From: Neoechinorhynchus agilis
Lineage: Eukaryota > Animalia > Acanthocephala
Direction: 5' to 3'
Assembly: GCA_051530055.1 (NCBI GenBank)
Contig: CM121341.1
Span: 1,116,001 to 1,180,000 of the forward strand
Length of the DNA: 64,000 nucleotides
Part shown: positions 59,407-64,000 of the stretch, piece after piece
Position numbering within the stretch: position 1 is the first letter of the stretch
How the letters are laid out: each line of letters opens with the position of its first letter
Made by a program: the position numbers and the translations under genes
The notes under the pieces: generated by a model
Told to the model about the DNA's origin: nothing
What the model saw: the letters and a program-made list of their open reading frames with translations, nothing else
Database searches by the model: none

Positions 59407-59931
59407 ATGGACGATCAATCATCTATAAAAGATGGGCGAATCAATTCTTCTTTAATTTCGAATGATCCTGAGGAAGCCGAGAAATGCGGCAAATCATCCG
59501 AAGACAACGTGGACCCAAACTACCGGCCTGAACTTTTTGAAGAAATGGCGGAGCTTGAACAACTGTTGTCCTATACGCCCGGTGATTGGAAGACTCGTCA
59601 AAAAGCGGAACACCTTTACGCAACCGTCTCAGAGAAGGATGTTTTGTTGTCGAAGCAAACCTGGAAAACGCTGAGTACTTTCTTTAGTCGAATTTTGATG
59701 GAACGCGAATCGCAGTTCTGTTTTTATAAGGCATTCGGTCATTCTTATCTTAGTGGTCAGAATTCACAAAAATCTGATGGTGAACAGAGTGACAAGAGCT
59801 CCGTTTCAAGTGATCCGATCGTTGTTCCGGGCGGAATGCAAGCTTTCGCAAAGGTCATTCAAGCAGCGATCAGGCGTAGAATTCAACAGTCTGCTCAGAG
59901 GTCCCAAACTAAGTATAATTCAACCTTCTGA
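59407..59931 (+). CDS. Unidentified protein (174 aa)
   Basis: Intact ORF with ATG preceded by TTTTAG. No family recognised. Confidence 0.6.
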   Translation: MDDQSSIKDGRINSSLISNDPEEAEKCGKSSEDNVDPNYRPELFEEMAELEQLLSYTPGDWKTRQKAEHLYATVSEKDVLLSKQTWKTLSTFFSRILMERESQFCFYKAFGHSYLSGQNSQKSDGEQSDKSSVSSDPIVVPGGMQAFAKVIQAAIRRRIQQSAQRSQTKYNSTF

Positions 59932-60619
59932 CAAATTTATGCCACGTTGAATCATTTGTGTTAAACTCCTTAATACATTTTGAATGTTTTCATCAGTCGA
60001 ATAAAATAATCGACTCTTAGAAAGTACAGAAAACTATTCGTTTTTTTTAAATTAAAATATGAGTTTATGTTTCAACCAAGATAAAAAACAGACTGTGCTG
60101 AAGGATCTCTTCTAGTCTTCTTTTTAGAAATTAGGTTTAAAATGGTGTTCATAAAAGTGGATAAAATTTAAAGTTGCTGATAGCCCCAGATTCGTACGCC
60201 ATTCTTAAATTCAAATTTTATTCATTTACATAGTCACGACGTATAATAAGGATATTGATAGCCACGAGCGCGCACGGCGCCCTCGACCCTTTTTTCTGTA
60301 TTGCCTCGTTGTATGGCTTATTATACTTTGTATAAGTTTTTCTTTTTGGTTCTCCTGTTTTGTTGTATTAAGCGGCGACAAATCTCTTCCCATATTTTAT
60401 GGACAGCATTACGGCTATGTGAATCTTCATAATGTCTTTGCAGCAGCTCTTCGTTTCTCAGCTGTCGTCACTTCAGTCTCTCGAGATGCTTTGGTTCACA
60501 TTCCACAGTAGGGCATTTTAGCTAGCGAAAGGAAAGGATTGTAATCCTGTCGGGACGCTTGTAGTCTGAACGGCATAGGTAACTCGGTTCGATAATGTTA
60601 GAGGCGTAATTGTATGTGG

Positions 60620-60960
60620 CTCACGATGGCTGATTTTTAGCTACCGAGCCGTGCGGACCTGAGCTATACCGACATTGGTGTGATGAACATATCGGGATAC
60701 TGAGTTATAATGGCACATTAAGTGAGGCGCCCAATGTGTAGATCGGAATAGAATTTAGCTATAATCCGACTCCCTTAAAGAGCTCGGCACCGATCGTGCC
60801 CGAGAAACCTCGACGGGATAAGGCCTGATATAGTCTTTGACAGCCAAACGGAGACATAGCGATTGAACTAGACGCTCACGATGCGTCACATTGAGCAATC
60901 ATTATGGTTGAAGTGGGGTTCGCTCAAAACGGCTATGGTGATGGGAAATTAAGAAGCTTC
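60620..60960 (+). mobile_element. Possible RLE-type non-LTR retrotransposon remnant
   Basis: LDGIRPDIVF...IMVEVGF resembles a PD-(D/E)xK endonuclease. Heavily decayed. Confidence 0.35.
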
Positions 60961-61019
60961 AACGTCGAGCGGAATCAGTTGGCTGACTCTCGAGGAAGAA
61001 GGAAAAGAATAACAATTCT

Positions 61020-61285
61020 TTACCGATAATAAAGATCCTATTTGTAAGCGAGGAATTCCTGAGCGACATCAAGAGGCTCCTAAAAGAAACAGATTTAGAG
61101 GTTCGATTAGTTCACAGGAGTGCTCCAACATTACACCGAATCAAACACCACGAAGAAGCGCTACAATGCCGATTTCGTGCTTCATATGCGCATGTGGGTG
61201 ACAATGTCCAAGGTCGGTCGTCTTGGGGGAAACCACTTTGCACGAGGATCAATGTCGATCCGGGTCGTCTACATCGGAAAGACGG
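61020..61285 (+). mobile_element. Penelope-like fragment (linker + GIY-YIG start)
   Basis: PIIKILFVSEEFLSDIKRLLKETDLEVRLVHR aligns with PILRIPYVSEMFTKRVKVLLRQAGLNVRIVHR of the 568-3063 element; VYIGKT. Confidence 0.75.
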
Positions 61286-61309
61286 AGTACCAAAAGCTTT
61301 GAACCCAAA

Positions 61310-61660
61310 CGCGGCCTCCTACGTGTCGACAGCGCCGTAAGCTGTGAAGAAATATTGTAGAACCTGCGGGAGGTGCATTTTAACCTCGTCAAGTAGGGCA
61401 TTCCGTTTCAGGGAATTGAAAGCATTTTTGAAGTCCACCTTCAAGACTACGCATCGATCCGTCGACGTTTCAACGAAGTTCCTTAAGACGTGAACGATTG
61501 TTTCGGCTCCACAAGGAGAGCAACAGCCGTGTTGCGCTGGGCGGAGTAGGCAGCCAACTGTCGAAGAAACCCCTTTTTTCTGAAATGATTTTGGCCACTA
61601 AACGCCTGAGTGTATTGCCAACAGCGATGGGACAGGTGCCACCCTCTCGCTTTTATCAAG
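61310..61660 (-). mobile_element. CRE-clade RT N-terminal fragment
   Basis: PIAVGNTLRRLVAKII; CVVLKVDFKNAFNSLKRNAL...YFFTAYG. Confidence 0.8.
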
Positions 61661-61724
61661 GTCCAAAATTCACACATGGGCGATGGTTAAATTCTCATTG
61701 TTCTTAGATGCTGTTTGTAGTCCA

Positions 61725-62030
61725 CCTTGTTCCCCGGTCTAGTATTTCAGACTAGCGAATGAATATGACTTCCATTATAACCCGCGATCTCATTTGGAAT
61801 CACTTCTCGCAAAAATGGCGGCATTGTCTACGACCTGGCCTTGTTGCTCAAAATGGTTAAGTATCGCATAACTCGCATCGGTGCCTCTCCTTAGATCATT
61901 ATTTCGCCAGGTTGAAACAGTAGACGGGGAATAAGGAAAAGCACAATGTGAATTTAACCATCCCTTATTTGGGGTTTTAGACCTTGATTAAGGCACGGTA
62001 TTGTACTGAAATATCGAAATCAATAAATGC
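61725..62030. mobile_element. Inverted pair of Penelope-like terminal fragments
   Basis: 61725-61840 (-) and 61912-62030 (+) both match parts of 45805-46010. Confidence 0.55.
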
Positions 62031-62102
62031 CTTATAATAACACGTTTATTATTATCTTAATGGTAATAATCCCGGTAATAGCACATTTGATTTTGATTTA
62101 TT

Positions 62103-62143
62103 GGAAATATTTCGCGAGGTGACCTCGCCTCATCAGTCATCTA
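62103..62143 (-). ncRNA. Hammerhead-ribozyme motif downstream of a Penelope-like ORF
   Basis: CTGATGA-G-GCGAGG-TCA-CCTCGC-GAAA-TATTT: intact core, 6-bp stem II, palindromic stem III. Stem I has only 2 bp. Confidence 0.65.
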
Positions 62144-62144
62144 A

Positions 62145-63152
62145 AAAATAATATGTTTTTCTTATTCAGGTTTTGAGCTCGAGTGCGCGGGATCGCCTAA
62201 ACCCGAAGTTCGGGGACCAATTATCCGCTACGTTTTTTCCATGATTTTAGTATTGATTTTTAACACGTCGCTGGCTGGCAGTTTCAAGCTAAAATTAGCT
62301 TTATTTCCTTCCATTGTGTTGGACACAGCGATGCGCAAGGCCTCCAAAACAAGCCGTCTTTTTAAGTTTTGCTCTATTTCTATAAAGTTGGTGCCACCAA
62401 AATCCGCTCGATGCTTACATGTCTCTTGATGATTGGAGATTGTCAAAGAATACTCAAATCGACTGCAGGCTTCCTTACGTAGAGCGACCCTCTTCTTGAT
62501 GACCTGTGTCGTTTCTCCAATTTAGACTCTATCACACTGTTCACAGTTCATTCGGTAGATTCCATTGAGTCGGCTCAATTCTACTCTTCCTCTTGAATGT
62601 GCTTCTAAGAGCGATTTCTTTAGTATTGTAAATACGAATTCCAACCTTCTTACTTATAATGGATTAAATCATTTGATTCGTGTCATCATCAACGAAGTGC
62701 ACTCTTTCGAAGCATGCAGGCTCTGCCGAAGATTTGTTGTTGTTATGCGGATGGTAGTTTCTGCCTCTGATTCCCCAGTCTATAATCCATTTGGGATATC
62801 TCCTTATTTTCAGTTCCTTTACTATCCTCTCCCTTTCCCTAATCCATGCAAATCGAGTTGATGAGATAAGAGAAGCTCTTCGGAAGTAGGACATGGCAAC
62901 CGAGATTTTATACCTCATCGGTTGGCGACTTGACCAATGTGGTGGTCCCCATGATAGATTCTCCTTGCGATAAAGTGACGTGCCAACTTTGCCTTGTGCA
63001 AACCGCTTGACCCGGACGTCCAGGAAAGAGACCTCACCGTGGCTGTTCTCTTCATTGACTGACCACTGTATGTGTGGATCGTGACTGTTCAGTTCAGCAT
63101 TTAGTGAATCTTTGTTGTGGTTTGAATCAGTCAGAATAAATACGTCGTCCAC
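62145..63152 (-). mobile_element. Penelope-like element 3' half (RT YVDD region to GIY-YIG), decayed
   Basis: VDDVFIL, VSFLDVRV, TSLYRK, YKISV, RRYPKW, RRLVLEALRI. Confidence 0.85.
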
Positions 63153-63154
63153 GA

Positions 63155-63455
63155 GATCCTAATGAATTTCTTGGGAATTGCCGAAGCTGGGAAATTATTA
63201 TGATTGAGGTTAGGGAAGACATGGCCAAGGAAGGGTCATTTGTGTTGTCAGAGTGGGATGTGCAGATATTAGATTTGAACAATTTTATAAAATTTTGGAT
63301 ATAATGATCACGTTTATCCCAGACGGGTAAACGGGAAGATTTCATACGCTGAGGTCGGGTGGAGGGAGTGATAAGGGCAGGAGAGTGGTCAACGTTCGCG
63401 GGGGGAGGGAGTTTAGAGGCGGATGAATAGGCGTCGATATTTGTGAACACTTTGT
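63155..63455 (-). mobile_element. L2/CR1-type LINE fragment
   Basis: Nearly identical to 10797-11100 (VFTNIDAYSSASKLPPPANVDH). Confidence 0.85.
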
Positions 63456-64000
63456 ACTGCTTGATCCTCGAGGAAATTTAGGATTACGATATTTCGTCAT
63501 TCCCATCGCTATTTGGTAATAAAAATTGCGATCTGCGCTAGATCAAGGGATTCTATGGGAATGAAATCCAAAAACAAATGATCTAAAACACATTAAAAAA
63601 AGCATTTTAAATAAAGAGTTTTGTTGGATGCGGAATTCTTTTAGTACGTTTTGCCACCAGTTCTTCTGTCCAATATTCCATGGTTTACTCTCTTTATATC
63701 AACTTTCTGGAAATCATACTTAAGAATGGGGTTTTCTCGCTTTTGGCACAGGTTTTTTTAACGATGCATTTTGCAATCGATTGTCGGTCAAGCAGCAGTG
63801 AATTGGCATCGATAATTTTAATTCTATTTAATCATACAAACAACATGCCTAAAACTGGCATGCTACCTGGAAATTAGAAAAGGACCATCGCTGATTGCAT
63901 AAAGGACGAAAGGTATTCGTCGTCTTTGGAGTCCTCGTTGCTTTTCAAAGTTCCGTTCATTATTTCAGTTACCATTTTCCGTCTTAGGTGCCCTGTAAGC

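Noticed and set aside
1-64000. tRNA, rRNA, snRNA or SL RNA genes
   Set aside because: No convincing cloverleaf, rRNA or Sm-site-containing structure seen by eye; a covariance search could still find some.

Overview
Eukaryotic (animal-like) genomic DNA, roughly half retrotransposon debris. Recognisable host genes are a long-chain acyl-CoA synthetase (ACSL), a CCR4/CNOT6-type LRR-only ORF, RBM39, a TruA-family pseudouridine synthase (PUSL1-like) in two tandem copies, a dispanin/CD225 protein and NDUFAF7, plus several unidentified ORFs. Mobile elements include Penelope-like elements with hammerhead-ribozyme motifs, at least two CRE-clade families, an L2/CR1-type LINE, I/Jockey/R1-type LINEs, RTE fragments and a fragmented Gypsy element lacking RT. 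There are four tandem arrays. Two intron classes appear to coexist. PUSL1 and NDUFAF7 have short (about 40-55 nt) GT-AG introns. ACSL (two) and RBM39 (one) have long inserts with no usable GT donor, each flanked by a TA direct repeat and with sub-terminal inverted repeats; these are candidate transposon-derived non-canonical introns. Other highlights: an inverted pair of hammerhead motifs forming a 138-bp hairpin, a satellite built from a LINE 3' end, and a splice-acceptor-like AG just upstream of most start codons (possible SL trans-splicing). All alignments were done by eye; repeat boundaries are approximate.
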